From: Bacteroidales bacterium
GTDB taxonomy: Bacteria; Bacteroidota; Bacteroidia; Bacteroidales; P3
Length of the DNA stretch: 64,000 bases
Assembly: GCA_017940465.1 (NCBI GenBank)
Contig: JAGAYN010000044.1
Location: forward strand, 3,662 to 67,661
Direction: 5' to 3'
Shown: piece after piece, positions 39,562-50,115 of the stretch
Layout: each line of letters opens with the position of its first letter
How positions within the stretch are numbered: the first letter of the stretch is position 1
The notes under the pieces: generated by a model
What the model was told of the DNA's origin: nothing
The model's database searches: none
The model's input: the letters and a program-made list of their open reading frames with translations, nothing else
Translations under genes and position numbers: made by a program

Positions 39562-40818
39562 CTATCTACCCTGTTCCCCAGCGGGTTTCGACCCCACCAG
39601 GGCGTAGAAAAGGATATATCCGAAGCCCGCCACCACCAGCCAGTAGCTGCCCACGAAGCCCACTCCGTCGGCCAGCATGTTCTGGAAGAAGGGCAGGATG
39701 CCGCCGCCGCAGACGAGGGTCATGAAGATGCCGCTGGCCAGGGGGGTGTACTTGCCCAGCCCCTCGGTGGAGAGGTTGAAGACGGCGCCCCACATCACCG
39801 AGGTGCAGAGGCCGCAGAGGGTGGCGAAGAGCACCTTGAGGGGCACCGCCGCGCCCCGCAGCGCCACCGTGGCCGACGCCGGCACCGCCATGAAGCACAC
39901 CACCAGCACCACCGCCACCGCTGCCGCCACCGCCAGCATCGTCCGGCTCGACACCCGTCCGCCCAGCAGGCCGCCCACGAAGCGGCCGCACAGCATCAGG
40001 AACCAATAAGCGCCGATGAACCATCCCGCAAGGTCGGCCCCCAGCCCCAGGCCGCCGCCCGATGCGGGGGTGGTCATGTAGAGGTTGGCCGTGTTGGGGA
40101 TGCCCACCTCGACGCCCACGTAGCAGAAGATGGCCACGGCGCCGAGGGTGAAGTGGCGGAAGCCCAGGGGCGAGGTGCGGTCCTGCGCGCGCGCTGCCCG
40201 CTGCCCGGCCGTCTCGAGGTGGGGTTCCGGTATCTTGGTCGCCACGATGACCACAAACGCCAGCGCAAAGATGCCCATGGCGATAAGCATCGCCGGCGCA
40301 GCGTCGGCGACGGAGGCCGTCTCCACCGTGCCGCCGATGAGGTAGCCCAGCAGGATGGGCGCTATGGTGCCGCCCGCGCTGTTGAGCGTGCCGCCCCACT
40401 GGATGAGCTGGTTGCCGCGGTTGCCGCCGCCGCCCAGCGTGTTCAGCATCGGGTTCACCACCGTGTTCAGCAGGCACATGGAGAAGCCCGCCACCAGGGC
40501 ACCGGCCACGTAGACCGCGAAGCTCTCCACATATCCCGAGAGGAACTGTATGCCCACCCCCACGAAGCCCACCGTCACGGCCAGGAGCGAGGTCGCCTTG
40601 TAGCCCCGCCGGCGCAGGATGATTCCCGCAGGGATGCCCATGCAGGCATAGGCTATGAAGTTGGCCAGCGTGCCCAGCTGCGCCATCGCGTTGCCGGTGC
40701 CGTACTGGTTCTTGACGATGACGCCCATCGAACCAGCGAAGTTGGTCACGAACGCTATCATGAAAAACAGCAGGAACATCACCACTATGGGCACTGCAAA
40801 GTTCTGTCTCCTCTCCAT
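39562..40818 (-). CDS. Sugar MFS transporter (FucP/GluP-like)
   Basis: 418 aa with 12 TM helices. The N-terminal FFMIAFVTNFAGSM and GIPAGIILRRRGYK blocks are typical of the glucose/galactose-fucose permease group. Confidence 0.8.
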   Translation of the reverse strand: MERRQNFAVPIVVMFLLFFMIAFVTNFAGSMGVIVKNQYGTGNAMAQLGTLANFIAYACMGIPAGIILRRRGYKATSLLAVTVGFVGVGIQFLSGYVESFAVYVAGALVAGFSMCLLNTVVNPMLNTLGGGGNRGNQLIQWGGTLNSAGGTIAPILLGYLIGGTVETASVADAAPAMLIAMGIFALAFVVIVATKIPEPHLETAGQRAARAQDRTSPLGFRHFTLGAVAIFCYVGVEVGIPNTANLYMTTPASGGGLGLGADLAGWFIGAYWFLMLCGRFVGGLLGGRVSSRTMLAVAAAVAVVLVVCFMAVPASATVALRGAAVPLKVLFATLCGLCTSVMWGAVFNLSTEGLGKYTPLASGIFMTLVCGGGILPFFQNMLADGVGFVGSYWLVVAGFGYILFYALVGSKPAGEQGR

Positions 40819-40843
40819 CGTATAGGGGTTTAACGGTTACACA

Positions 40844-42880
40844 TCAGCGCACAGCGACAATGCGTCGTGCCTTCAGCCCGTCGGCCTGCAGCAGGAAAGC
40901 CCCCGCCGAAGGCAGGGTGAAGCAGGCGTGACGGTCGCGCGTGGGCGTGGCCAGCAGGCGCCCTTGCAGGTCGTAGAAGGCAAGGAGGCGGCCCTGGGGG
41001 TTGTCCACGGTGAGGAGCAGGCCGTCGAGGGTGCACTCCAGCCCGTCGGCCTCGGCCTCGGCAATGCCGTTGCTGATGCCGGTGATGCCCTGGATGGACC
41101 AGGTGTAGTAGCCCGTGACGGCGGTGTCGACCAGCTGCCATTCCCCGTCGCGCACCACCCACATGCCGTCGTCCACGCCGGTGTAGGGCGTGATGCCCAT
41201 GCAATACTTTACGCTGTCGGCGGCGAAGGTTATCCAGAGGGGTTGTGTGGGGTCGATGGCAAGCGGCTCGTCCAGCACAATGTTGCGCCAGCCATAGGAC
41301 TGCAGGCGCTTGACAGTCTCGTAGACGGGCTGCTGCGGACGCTCGCCCTGGTAGATGCGGAGCACGTAGTGGCCCGTGGTGTAGGCAAAGGTGCGCACCT
41401 GCTCCAGCTGGCGGCCGGCGGTGAGGTAGTCGGTCGGTATGCGGATGCCCCACTCGCAATGGGTCAGCGAATACAGCGTATCGAAGTTGGGGACAAAGCC
41501 CATGCCGTAGCCGAGCGTGTCGCGCGAGAGGGGTACGAAGTAGGCCGTGTCGGCGTAGTCCACGGTAGGATAGTAGAATATGGGGTTGAAGCGGTTGCCG
41601 CTGGCCCAGTGGGAGAAGCGGTAGCCCGGGGCGGCGGTGGCAAGGAGGATGGCGCGGTCGCCGTCCACGGCGTAGGTGCCGCTGCCGCTGACGCTGCCGC
41701 GCGTGGGGTCGGAACTGACGACATTGACCTCCGAGGTGGAGGCGTTGGGGGTGATGGGGTAGACGCCAATCAGGGCCTCGTTCATCTCGTTGTAGGCCGC
41801 ATAGCCGTAAGTGTTGGGGGTGCCTATAATCAGACGAGCGAGGTTGTAGAAGCCGTTGTCGACCCCGCCCCAGCCCCAGTTGACGTGGTAGAGGCCCGTG
41901 GTGTCGTAGCCGTCCACCACGAAGGCGTGGCCGCCCGAGGAGGAGCTGCCGGTGTAGATGAGCGGACGCCCGGCGTTGAGTTCGCTGCTCATAAGGTCGT
42001 CCCACTCCGCCTCGGTGTATCCCTCCATGCATGCGTTATACATGCCGGGGTTGTAGTAGAAATGCTTCTCCAAAGCCTGCTCGGCGGAGCGGCGCCAGAG
42101 CATGCCGCCCGAGTGGGCATAGGCGCCGCTGGCCCCGGTACCGTACCTCATGTTCATGCCGACACCCACTTCGTAGCACAGCTTGGCCACGGCGTCGCGC
42201 TGGGCCTGGGGCGAGCCTACATTGACACGCACAGGGATGTTGTCCCAATCATAGACGGAACTATCATAGACCACGGTCTGCTGGCCGTAGTCGGCGGTGC
42301 TGTAGGTGTGCGTTCCACGGCCTCGTTCGGGGTGGCGCCAGTAGCGCATCACCTGGGCCGTGGCGGTGGCCGTACAGCCGGTGAGGGTGCGCTTCCGGGC
42401 AGTGGAATCGTAGGGGCATGCGTCGTTGTAGGGGCGGTCCTGCTCCCAGAAGCTGTCCAGCAGGAGGAGTCTGGACTGGCCCTCGGTGCGGCGCCTGGGA
42501 CGTCCCTGGGTCAGGCACTCCCATTCCTCGGCCACCGCGGCGGACTGCGCTATGCCGAGGGCGCGGATGGAGGCGATTTCGCGTTGGTGGCCGTCCAACC
42601 ATTGCTGCAGGTTGGGGGGCAGCTGGGCGGTGGAAAACGTCGCCTCGCGGTCGTAGGCCAGCAGGGGGCGCGCGCAGTCGTCGGCGGAGAGGAGCACAAA
42701 ACCCCGCCCGTCGGCGGCGTTGAAAAGGTAGCATTCGGTGAACTCTTTCGGCGTGGCATCCACCACATCCTTGCCCAGGAGGGCCTGTGCCGCGCGACGC
42801 GCGGTCTCGGGGGGCACCGGCCGGGCCGCCAGCGTGGCTGCCCACAGAAGCACGGTCGCCAGGAGAAAATGCTTCTTCAT
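40844..42880 (-). CDS. C10 family (streptopain-like) cysteine peptidase with T9SS type-A sorting domain
   Basis: ATG 42880 gives MKKHFLLATVLLWAATLAA. N-terminal inhibitor-like prodomain. Catalytic Cys context TGCTATATAQVMRYW and His context GGHAFVVDGYD. C-terminal CTD (LLAFYDLQGRLL). Confidence 0.85.
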   Translation of the reverse strand: MKKHFLLATVLLWAATLAARPVPPETARRAAQALLGKDVVDATPKEFTECYLFNAADGRGFVLLSADDCARPLLAYDREATFSTAQLPPNLQQWLDGHQREIASIRALGIAQSAAVAEEWECLTQGRPRRRTEGQSRLLLLDSFWEQDRPYNDACPYDSTARKRTLTGCTATATAQVMRYWRHPERGRGTHTYSTADYGQQTVVYDSSVYDWDNIPVRVNVGSPQAQRDAVAKLCYEVGVGMNMRYGTGASGAYAHSGGMLWRRSAEQALEKHFYYNPGMYNACMEGYTEAEWDDLMSSELNAGRPLIYTGSSSSGGHAFVVDGYDTTGLYHVNWGWGGVDNGFYNLARLIIGTPNTYGYAAYNEMNEALIGVYPITPNASTSEVNVVSSDPTRGSVSGSGTYAVDGDRAILLATAAPGYRFSHWASGNRFNPIFYYPTVDYADTAYFVPLSRDTLGYGMGFVPNFDTLYSLTHCEWGIRIPTDYLTAGRQLEQVRTFAYTTGHYVLRIYQGERPQQPVYETVKRLQSYGWRNIVLDEPLAIDPTQPLWITFAADSVKYCMGITPYTGVDDGMWVVRDGEWQLVDTAVTGYYTWSIQGITGISNGIAEAEADGLECTLDGLLLTVDNPQGRLLAFYDLQGRLLATPTRDRHACFTLPSAGAFLLQADGLKARRIVAVR

Positions 42881-42896
42881 ATTATAAAGGATTGGA

Positions 42897-44108
42897 TTAT
42901 TCAGGGCACCAGTTCGCCGGAAGGCGGTAGCGGGTGGTGTTGGTCCCGATGTTGTAGATGTAGCCCACGGTGAAGGAGGGCAGGCCGACGCTGTAGAACT
43001 TGCCCGAGGGACCCGGGCCGCCGCCGATGGGGGTGGGGACCATGATGTACTTGAGGTCGGCATAGAGGTCGCTCCGCCGGCTGAGATAGTAGCGGAAGAA
43101 GAGGCCGAAGTCGGCCGCCATGTCGAATTCCACGTTGTCATACCTCCACACAAGGCCGGCGCCGAGGTAGGGCATGATGTTGAATCGAGTGCCGCGGGCA
43201 AAGCCGAAGGCGTGCGAGAGGTTGACCATGAGGTCGGCATGGAGGTTGGAGAAGGCATAGCCGTCGCCGGGGCCGCCCGCGACGGTGTCGTACTGTTCGT
43301 GGCCCGTGATGCCGTTGAGTTCCAGGCGCAGCGTCCAGAACTCCGTGATGTTGCGCCCCACAAACACTTCCGGCGCCACGCCCCACATGCCGTCCTTGGG
43401 GTTGAGGTGCATCAAGTCGAAGGTGGAGATATTGGGCCCTATGCCCAGGCCGAGGAACCAGTCGTTACCCACGGCGCGCGACTCGTACTCGGTGCGGCGG
43501 TGGAAGGGCGTGTTGTAGAAGGTGCGGGTGAAGCCCAAGGCCAGGGAGTTCATGATGATGTTGCCGGGCGAACCGTCGAACTGCTGCGGGAGGAAGTAGG
43601 CTTTGTACTGCAAGAAGGTGAACCAGGATCTGGAGATACGGAAGTCGGCCTGCAGACCCAACATGAGTTGCACCTCATGGTCTACGCTTTCACCCTTCTT
43701 GTCCACCACGATGGAGTCGCGCCAGACCATGCCCAAGCCTATCATGGGGTATACCATCAGGCGCCAGTTGCGTATCCGGCTGAAGGTGGCGTTCAGGTCC
43801 CACAGAAAGTCGACGTTGGCAAAGGTATAGTCGGCCACCTCGTGGGTGTTGAGGTTGTTGCGCATCTGGTTCGGGCTGGTGTTGGTGATGATGTCGAGAC
43901 TCACCCTCAACGCCAGGGGGTTGGTTATCCACTTGCCCACAGCGATACCACCGGAAAAGCCTGGCGTGAGGCCATACTTGTTGTTGTAGAAACTGGCCCC
44001 TATCTGCCCGGAGACGAACATGTTGGCTCCGAAGGGGCTCCCACCCACCTGGGCATGGGCCGTAGCCAGCAGGAGCATGAGGAGGATGGATACAAGTAAC
44101 TTCTTCAT
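42897..44108 (-). CDS. Outer membrane beta-barrel protein with internal duplication (paralog 1)
   Basis: Signal peptide MKKLLVSILLMLLLATAHAQ. Two similar halves (VYPMIGLGMVWRD / IMPYLGAGLVWRYD). Paralog of 44130..45389. Confidence 0.75.
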   Translation of the reverse strand: MKKLLVSILLMLLLATAHAQVGGSPFGANMFVSGQIGASFYNNKYGLTPGFSGGIAVGKWITNPLALRVSLDIITNTSPNQMRNNLNTHEVADYTFANVDFLWDLNATFSRIRNWRLMVYPMIGLGMVWRDSIVVDKKGESVDHEVQLMLGLQADFRISRSWFTFLQYKAYFLPQQFDGSPGNIIMNSLALGFTRTFYNTPFHRRTEYESRAVGNDWFLGLGIGPNISTFDLMHLNPKDGMWGVAPEVFVGRNITEFWTLRLELNGITGHEQYDTVAGGPGDGYAFSNLHADLMVNLSHAFGFARGTRFNIMPYLGAGLVWRYDNVEFDMAADFGLFFRYYLSRRSDLYADLKYIMVPTPIGGGPGPSGKFYSVGLPSFTVGYIYNIGTNTTRYRLPANWCPE

Positions 44109-44129
44109 AATCTGACGGTGGGGATGTTG

Positions 44130-45389
44130 TTAAAAGGCGCACTCGGTGCTGTGGCTGGAGGGTTGGCGGTAGCCGGTGGTAGAGTGGTTGAAGTTGTGGA
44201 TGTAGCCGATGGTGAACATGGGGTAGCCCACCCCCAGGATATTGCCCGACGGGCCGTAGCCGCCGGCGGTGCGGGGGGTGACCATGATGTACTTGAGGTC
44301 CATGTAGAAGTCGCCTTCCGGACTGATGTAACGGCGGAAGAAGAGGCCCGCGTCACCGGCCACGTTGAAGACGGGGTGGCTGTCGTAGCGCCAAATCGGT
44401 CCGGCACCGATGTAGGGCATGATGGCCCACTTGCGTCCGGGGCGCGTCCCATCGAGACCCAACAGGTTGAGCATCAGGTCGGCATGGAGCATCGTGAACT
44501 TGTAGGGAAGGCCCGGCACGTATTCCGTACTAATGCTTCCGTCGGGGTTGAGCACCTGCTGCTGCTTGTAGCGCTCGCGCGCGAAGAGGCCCGTCAGTTC
44601 GAAACGTATGGTCCAGGCGCTGCTGTAGTTGCGACCCAGCATTACCTCGGGCACATAGTGCCACAGTTTCAAGGCCTTCTTGTCCAGAAAATACTCGAAC
44701 TCGAAACTGGAGAATAGGGCGCCGCCACCGAAGCCGATAAACCAGTCTTCCTGGATGTTGCGCGATTCATTGGCACGTCGTCCGCGGTAATAGGAGCGTC
44801 CCCAATAGTAGGAAAGGCCCAGATTGGCGTTGAGGAAGTTGTTGCTGCCATGCGATCCGTCGAACCCTTGAGGCAGGAAAAAGTTCTTCGCCTCCAGGAA
44901 GATGTCGAGGCGGCTGTCGCGCTCGCGGTGCCAAGCCAGCTGGAGACCCAGCATGGTCTGGAACTCATTGTCGGCCGACGCGAGGTTGGGGTCCGACCCG
45001 CGGCGCAGAAGACCCAGGCCCACAATGGGATAGATGCCCAGGTGGTTGCCGAAAAGGTGCACCCGCCCGAGAGTGGCAGGGATGTCCCAAAGGAACTGTC
45101 CACTCACCATGTGGAACACCACATCGCCGTCCAAACCGGCCAGGGTTTTGGAATAACTCGGCGCAAAGACGCCGTCATAGGCAAGGCGGAAGGCCAGTGG
45201 GCGAATGATCCACTGCCCCAGCGCAGCACTCGCGTTGTATCCCATCGTGGGCGAATCACCGGCATAGAGGTACATGGTCATGCCTCCATTCAGCGAGAGG
45301 AAAGCGTTCTCCTTGAGGGACAGCACCTTCTGAGCACCGACCCCTGCAGCCAGTCCCATGGCAACCAGTACTATCAGCAGTTTCTTCAT
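44130..45389 (-). CDS. Outer membrane beta-barrel protein with internal duplication (paralog 2)
   Basis: ATG 45389 gives MKKLLIVLVAMGLAAGVGAQ. Halves marked by IYPIVGLGLLRRG / IMPYIGAGPIWRYD. C-terminus resembles paralog 1 (KYIMV...GYIHNF). Confidence 0.75.
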   Translation of the reverse strand: MKKLLIVLVAMGLAAGVGAQKVLSLKENAFLSLNGGMTMYLYAGDSPTMGYNASAALGQWIIRPLAFRLAYDGVFAPSYSKTLAGLDGDVVFHMVSGQFLWDIPATLGRVHLFGNHLGIYPIVGLGLLRRGSDPNLASADNEFQTMLGLQLAWHRERDSRLDIFLEAKNFFLPQGFDGSHGSNNFLNANLGLSYYWGRSYYRGRRANESRNIQEDWFIGFGGGALFSSFEFEYFLDKKALKLWHYVPEVMLGRNYSSAWTIRFELTGLFARERYKQQQVLNPDGSISTEYVPGLPYKFTMLHADLMLNLLGLDGTRPGRKWAIMPYIGAGPIWRYDSHPVFNVAGDAGLFFRRYISPEGDFYMDLKYIMVTPRTAGGYGPSGNILGVGYPMFTIGYIHNFNHSTTGYRQPSSHSTECAF

Positions 45390-45417
45390 GGTGGGGTTCC
45401 TCCCTCGTGGGTATTGT

Positions 45418-46779
45418 TTATGCCTTGGCACGCTCGGCAAACTCCTTGGCCGATACCTTCTCCACCTCGGGCTTGACCTGATCCTTGAAGAGCTTGGCCA
45501 GGTTGCCAGCGTAGAGACGGTCCACTATCTGGGACACATTCTGGCGGTCGGCGGCGATGGTGCGGGCGGCTTTCTCCAGTCGTTCCTCGGTCTGTTCCTT
45601 GGTCTCGCCCTCAGGCTTGTTGGAGGCTTCGTTGCGACGGAGGATATCCTTGATATAGTCCACTATCTGATTGCTTGTGGGTTCCACGGGCTGAAGCTCT
45701 TCCAGCTTGGCCTCGATAAGTTCCCACTTCAGCGAAGGCAAGTACTGGTCGTTCCAGTTAGCCTCGATGCTTTCAGGTGTCATATCCTTGTCGCCACGGG
45801 AAGCAAACCAGCGCTTGAGGAAAGCTTCGGGCAGCGGGGCGCTGAAATGGTCGATGAGGGCCTTGCGGACCTGGTTCACAAAGAGGTAGTCGCTCTGCTC
45901 GTTGTTGGCCTTTTCCAGTTCTGCCTGGAGAGCCTTGCGGAAGGAGTCGGCATCCTTAATCTTCTGATCGGGGAAGACCGTCTTGTACAGGTCGGCATTC
46001 ATCTTGTGGGGCACGATGCGCGAGATGCCACTGAGAGTGAGTTCAACGTCGGATTTAAACTTCTTGGCAGTGGCATTGTCCATGTGCAGGGCTCGCTCGA
46101 TATCGGCTGTCGGGAATGCCTTGGCCATGTTGAAGACCACTTTTTCCTCGGATTTCTTGCCCTCAAAGAGCGGAAGCATTTCCTCGTCCTTCAGGTTCTG
46201 GAGGTTCAGCGAGACGAAAGTCTCCTCCCCACCCTCTTTCGGAGCGCCTTTCTTGTCCAGTTCAACAATCTTACCATAGACGTAGTCGCCGGCACCGACC
46301 TTCTCCGGGGTCTCGAATTTGCCGTAGCGGTTCTGGATATTGGTCACCTCTGCCTCGACATCCTTGGAGGCCACCTTGACCTGATTGTACTTCACCTCAA
46401 TGCTTTTCCAGTCGATGTTGAACTCGGGCGCAACGGCCACGTCGAAGTAGAAGGTGAAGTCCTTCTGCTTGCCGAAGTCCACGCTGCCGGTCTTTTCATC
46501 ATTGCTCATCGGCATGCCGAGGATATGCAACTTCTCATCATCAATGTATTTGAACAGGCTGGTATTGAGTGTACTTTGAACCACATCGCCCACAATGGCG
46601 GCTTTGTACATACGCTCGATGAGGGCTTTGGGCGCCATTCCCTTGCGGAAGCCTGGCACCGTGGCCTTATGCTGGTAGTCCCTGAGCTGCTTGGCTGTGC
46701 TTTCCAGATAGTCGTTTTCCTCGATATCAATCTTGATACAGAGTTCCAAATCGCTTAAATTCTCTCTTGTGATGTTCAT
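45418..46779 (-). CDS. tig: Trigger factor
   Basis: MNITRENLSDLELCIKIDIEENDY and VPGFRKGMAPKALIERMY (ribosome-binding TF signature). Confidence 0.92.
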   Translation of the reverse strand: MNITRENLSDLELCIKIDIEENDYLESTAKQLRDYQHKATVPGFRKGMAPKALIERMYKAAIVGDVVQSTLNTSLFKYIDDEKLHILGMPMSNDEKTGSVDFGKQKDFTFYFDVAVAPEFNIDWKSIEVKYNQVKVASKDVEAEVTNIQNRYGKFETPEKVGAGDYVYGKIVELDKKGAPKEGGEETFVSLNLQNLKDEEMLPLFEGKKSEEKVVFNMAKAFPTADIERALHMDNATAKKFKSDVELTLSGISRIVPHKMNADLYKTVFPDQKIKDADSFRKALQAELEKANNEQSDYLFVNQVRKALIDHFSAPLPEAFLKRWFASRGDKDMTPESIEANWNDQYLPSLKWELIEAKLEELQPVEPTSNQIVDYIKDILRRNEASNKPEGETKEQTEERLEKAARTIAADRQNVSQIVDRLYAGNLAKLFKDQVKPEVEKVSAKEFAERAKA

Positions 46780-46833
46780 CTGATTGTTTTATTTTATTGA
46801 TTTTTAGTATCCTTATATATAAATAGTAATTTG

Positions 46834-46841
46834 CAAAAGTA
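46834..46841 (-). promoter_or_regulatory. -7 box (TACTTTTG on minus strand) of the tig promoter
   Basis: The reverse complement reads GCGTACTTTTGCAAAT, about 55 nt upstream of the tig ATG. Confidence 0.5.
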
Positions 46842-46997
46842 CGCAAAATATTTGATTATGAGGATATTTTTTTTCGTGTGATGTCGCGACACAGTATCAA
46901 TACTCTATGTATCAGACTGATACATACGCATGTTTTATATATCCCACTCCGGATCACAAGCCACGGACAGGGATTTTATAAGGGTGGATTTCAAGAA

Positions 46998-47028
46998 GTC
47001 CGCCCCGCAGCGATGCTGCGAGGCGGAC
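46998..47028 (-). terminator. Hairpin downstream of atpG
   Basis: GTCCGCC..GCAGC / GCTGC..GGCGGAC composite stem 35 nt after the atpG stop, followed on the minus strand by TTCTTGAAAT. Confidence 0.45.
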
Positions 47029-47062
47029 AGGATTGTTTACCATTACGGAAGGCTGCAAGGGG

Positions 47063-47959
47063 CTATCCCTTGAGGGCTTCGCTGCCGGAGACTATCTCTA
47101 TGATTTCATTGGTGATAGCCGCCTGGCGCGCTTTGTTGTAACTGAGGGTGAGGTCCTTGAGCAACTCGGTGGCATTGTCGGTGGCCTTCTGCATGGCTGT
47201 CATGCGTGCCCCATGCTCCGAGGCAAGCGAGTCAAGGATAATGCGGTAGATTGTGGAACGAAGGGTCAGCGGAACCATCTCACGTAGAATATCCTCCTTG
47301 GAAGGTTCGTAGATGTAATCGTTGGCCGATGAGGAGGAGCCCTCTTGCGTACCAGCCGCACCGACAGCACTGGAGGCAGCCGCCAGGGGGAGGAACTGTT
47401 CCGTGGAGAGTACCTGTGTTAGGGAATTCTTGAACTGGTTGTACACTATCTCCACACAGTCTATTTCCTTGGAAGTGAACTGTTCCATAATACAGTCAGC
47501 CAGGGAAGCGACGGTGTCGAAAGCGGGGGCATCCAGCAGTTCATCCTGTGTAGTGAGCACAAGGTCCTTTTGACGCACCAGCAACTCGGAACTCTTCTTG
47601 CCAATGGAAAGCACACGGATATGACCCTCAGGCAGTTGCTGGCGGTAGTGGTTGATACGCTGCTGTGCCTGCTTGAGCACATTGCTGTTGAACGCGCCGC
47701 ACAGCCCTTTGTTTGAAGTGACAACCACAAGGAGCACCGTCTGCACCGGCCTCGCATCGTGGTAGGGGGTCTGAATGCCGTCGCCAGTATCGATGTCGGA
47801 GATAATCTCCTGCAACTGTGCGGTGTAGGGCCTCATGCCGGTGATGGCATTCTGGGCGCGACGGAACTTGGCAGCCGAAACCATCTTCATGGCAGAGGTG
47901 ATCTGCTGCGTCGATGAGACGGAGGCAATGCGAGTGCGGACTTCTTTGAGGTTGGCCAT
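47063..47959 (-). CDS. atpG: F0F1 ATP synthase gamma subunit
   Basis: MANLKEVRTRIASVSSTQQITSAMKMVSAAK N-terminus and C-terminal ITNEIIEIVSG. Confidence 0.95.
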   Translation of the reverse strand: MANLKEVRTRIASVSSTQQITSAMKMVSAAKFRRAQNAITGMRPYTAQLQEIISDIDTGDGIQTPYHDARPVQTVLLVVVTSNKGLCGAFNSNVLKQAQQRINHYRQQLPEGHIRVLSIGKKSSELLVRQKDLVLTTQDELLDAPAFDTVASLADCIMEQFTSKEIDCVEIVYNQFKNSLTQVLSTEQFLPLAAASSAVGAAGTQEGSSSSANDYIYEPSKEDILREMVPLTLRSTIYRIILDSLASEHGARMTAMQKATDNATELLKDLTLSYNKARQAAITNEIIEIVSGSEALKG

Positions 47960-47967
47960 GAGGAGGT

Positions 47968-49545
47968 TTATTTATAGCGTTCGGCCAGGTCAAGGGCCAC
48001 CTGGCGCATAACGGACAGGTCGCTGTCCACCAACTTTCCGGCGCGCAGATTGTCCAATATAGCACGGTGCTGGCTCTTCATCTGGAAAAGGAACTCTTTC
48101 TCGAAGTCACCCACCTTGTCAATGGCCACCTTCTGGAGCAGTCCGTTGGTGCCACAGAAGATGATGGCCACCTGTTCTTCGACAGGCATGGGATTGTACT
48201 GCGGCTGCTTGAGCACCTCCACATTGCGGGCACCCTTGTCGAGCACTGCCTTGGTGGCGGCGTCGAGGTCGGAGCCGAACTTGGAGAATGCCTCCAGCTC
48301 GCGGTACTGCGCCTGATCCATCTTCAGTGTGCCGGCGATTTTCTTCATCGACTTAATCTGTGCCTTGCCACCCACACGCGACACCGAGATACCGACATTG
48401 ATGGCAGGTCGGACGCCGCTGTTGAAGAGATTGGTCTCCAAGAATATCTGACCGTCGGTGATAGAGATGACATTGGTGGGGATATAGGCGGAGACATCGC
48501 CGGCCTGGGTCTCGATGATGGGCAGTGCGGTGAGCGACCCCCCACCCTTTACCTTGCCCTGCAGCGAGGCAGGCAGGTCGTTCATCTGGGCGGCAATCTG
48601 GTCGTTCTGAATGATGCGGGCGGCACGTTCGAGCAGGCGGCTGTGGAGGTAGAACACATCGCCGGGGTATGCTTCGCGTCCCGGTGGGCGACGCAGCAGG
48701 AGCGACACCTCGCGATAGGCCACAGCCTGCTTGGAGAGGTCGTCGTAGATGACCAGAGCGTTTCGTCCCGTATCGCGGAAGTATTCGCCGATGGCAGCAC
48801 CTGCAAAGGGGGCATAGAACTGCATGGCGGCAGGGTCGGATGCGGTGGCGGCCACAACAATGGTGTAGTCCATGGCACCTTTCTCCTCCAGATTCTTTAC
48901 CAGATTAGCCACCGTGGAGCCCTTCTGTCCACAAGCCACATAGATGCAATACACAGGGTCTCCGGCATCGTAGAAGCTCTTCTGGTTGATTATGGTGTCG
49001 ATGGCAATGGCCGTCTTGCCGGTCTGGCGGTCGCCGATGATGAGTTCGCGCTGGCCACGGCCTATGGGTATCATCGAGTCGATGGCCTTGATGCCGGTCT
49101 GTAACGGCTGCTCCACCGGCTGTCGGTAGATGACACCCGGGGCCTTGCGCTCGATGGGCATCTCGTACAGCTCGCCTTCGATGGGGCCTTTGCCGTCGAT
49201 GGGCTCGCCGATGGTGTTGATGACGCGGCCCAGCATGCCTTCACCCACGCAGAGCGAGGCGATGCGTCCGGTGCGCTTCACGGTGTCACCCTCGTTAATG
49301 GTGCTCACTTCGCCCAGCATCACGATGCCGACATTATCCTCTTCCAGGTTTTGCACTATGCCATGGTCACCGGTGTCGAACTCAACCAGCTCGCCACTTT
49401 GGGCGTTGCTGAGGCCGTATACGCGGGCGATACCGTCGCCCACGGTGAGCACAGTGCCCACCTCCTCGAGTTCTATCTCCAGGTTGACGTTGGCCAGTTG
49501 CTGCTTCAATATTGCCGATACTTCGGCAGGCTTTATATCTGACAT
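47968..49545 (-). CDS. atpA: F0F1 ATP synthase alpha subunit
   Basis: Walker A GDRQTGKT and the typical alpha-subunit length and signature. Confidence 0.97.
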   Translation of the reverse strand: MSDIKPAEVSAILKQQLANVNLEIELEEVGTVLTVGDGIARVYGLSNAQSGELVEFDTGDHGIVQNLEEDNVGIVMLGEVSTINEGDTVKRTGRIASLCVGEGMLGRVINTIGEPIDGKGPIEGELYEMPIERKAPGVIYRQPVEQPLQTGIKAIDSMIPIGRGQRELIIGDRQTGKTAIAIDTIINQKSFYDAGDPVYCIYVACGQKGSTVANLVKNLEEKGAMDYTIVVAATASDPAAMQFYAPFAGAAIGEYFRDTGRNALVIYDDLSKQAVAYREVSLLLRRPPGREAYPGDVFYLHSRLLERAARIIQNDQIAAQMNDLPASLQGKVKGGGSLTALPIIETQAGDVSAYIPTNVISITDGQIFLETNLFNSGVRPAINVGISVSRVGGKAQIKSMKKIAGTLKMDQAQYRELEAFSKFGSDLDAATKAVLDKGARNVEVLKQPQYNPMPVEEQVAIIFCGTNGLLQKVAIDKVGDFEKEFLFQMKSQHRAILDNLRAGKLVDSDLSVMRQVALDLAERYK

Positions 49546-49551
49546 ATTATT

Positions 49552-50109
49552 TTATAGTTTACTTTCATATATATTCTTCCCGAACTCGATGCGGAGCTTG
49601 CGTATCTTGGTGCGGATACGGGCGTCGTACATCTTGCCGTCGAACTCGAGTTTGTAGCCACCGAGCATCTTCGGGTCGGTGCGGTCGTGGAGTTCCACCT
49701 TGCGACCGGTGTAGTCCTCCACCATCTGGGTGACCATGCGGCGGGCGGTGTCGTCGATAGGCTGGTGGGTCACCAGGTCGCTGAAGACGACGCCGCGATA
49801 CTCGCGCCACATATCCACGTATGCATCGCCTATGCCCCGCAGGTTCACCGAGCGGTTTTTCCGCACGGCGAAACGCAGGAAGGCGGCGGTAGTGTCGCAC
49901 ACGCGGCTGCCGAACAGCGCGTCCACAATGGCGGCTTTCTTGTCGCCCTTCACCGTTGGATTGCCCAGCACAACGGCCAACTCGCGGTTCTCGGACATCA
50001 CCTCGGAGACCATCCGCATGTCGTCGGCCACGCGGTCCACGGCGTCCCGTTCGGTGGCCAGCAGGAGCAGGGCCTTGGCATAATGGGTGTTGATGCGGAA
50101 GTCGTTCAT
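49552..50109 (-). CDS. atpH: F0F1 ATP synthase delta subunit
   Basis: 185 aa OSCP-like protein located between atpF and atpA. Confidence 0.85.
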   Translation of the reverse strand: MNDFRINTHYAKALLLLATERDAVDRVADDMRMVSEVMSENRELAVVLGNPTVKGDKKAAIVDALFGSRVCDTTAAFLRFAVRKNRSVNLRGIGDAYVDMWREYRGVVFSDLVTHQPIDDTARRMVTQMVEDYTGRKVELHDRTDPKMLGGYKLEFDGKMYDARIRTKIRKLRIEFGKNIYESKL

Positions 50110-50115
50110 GGTGTG

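Noticed and set aside
36368-39607. Very long antisense ORFs, for example 36368..39607 + (1079 aa), 28077..30401 + (774 aa), 11324..13291 - (655 aa), 40928..42973 + (681 aa), 51540..53198 + (552 aa), 7118..8263 - (381 aa), and many 100-400-aa ORFs rich in G/A/V/R/H/P.
   Set aside because: These are shadow ORFs, as expected on the opposite strand of GC-rich genes. Their translations are low-complexity with no motifs, and each is fully covered by a gene with clear family signatures on the other strand.
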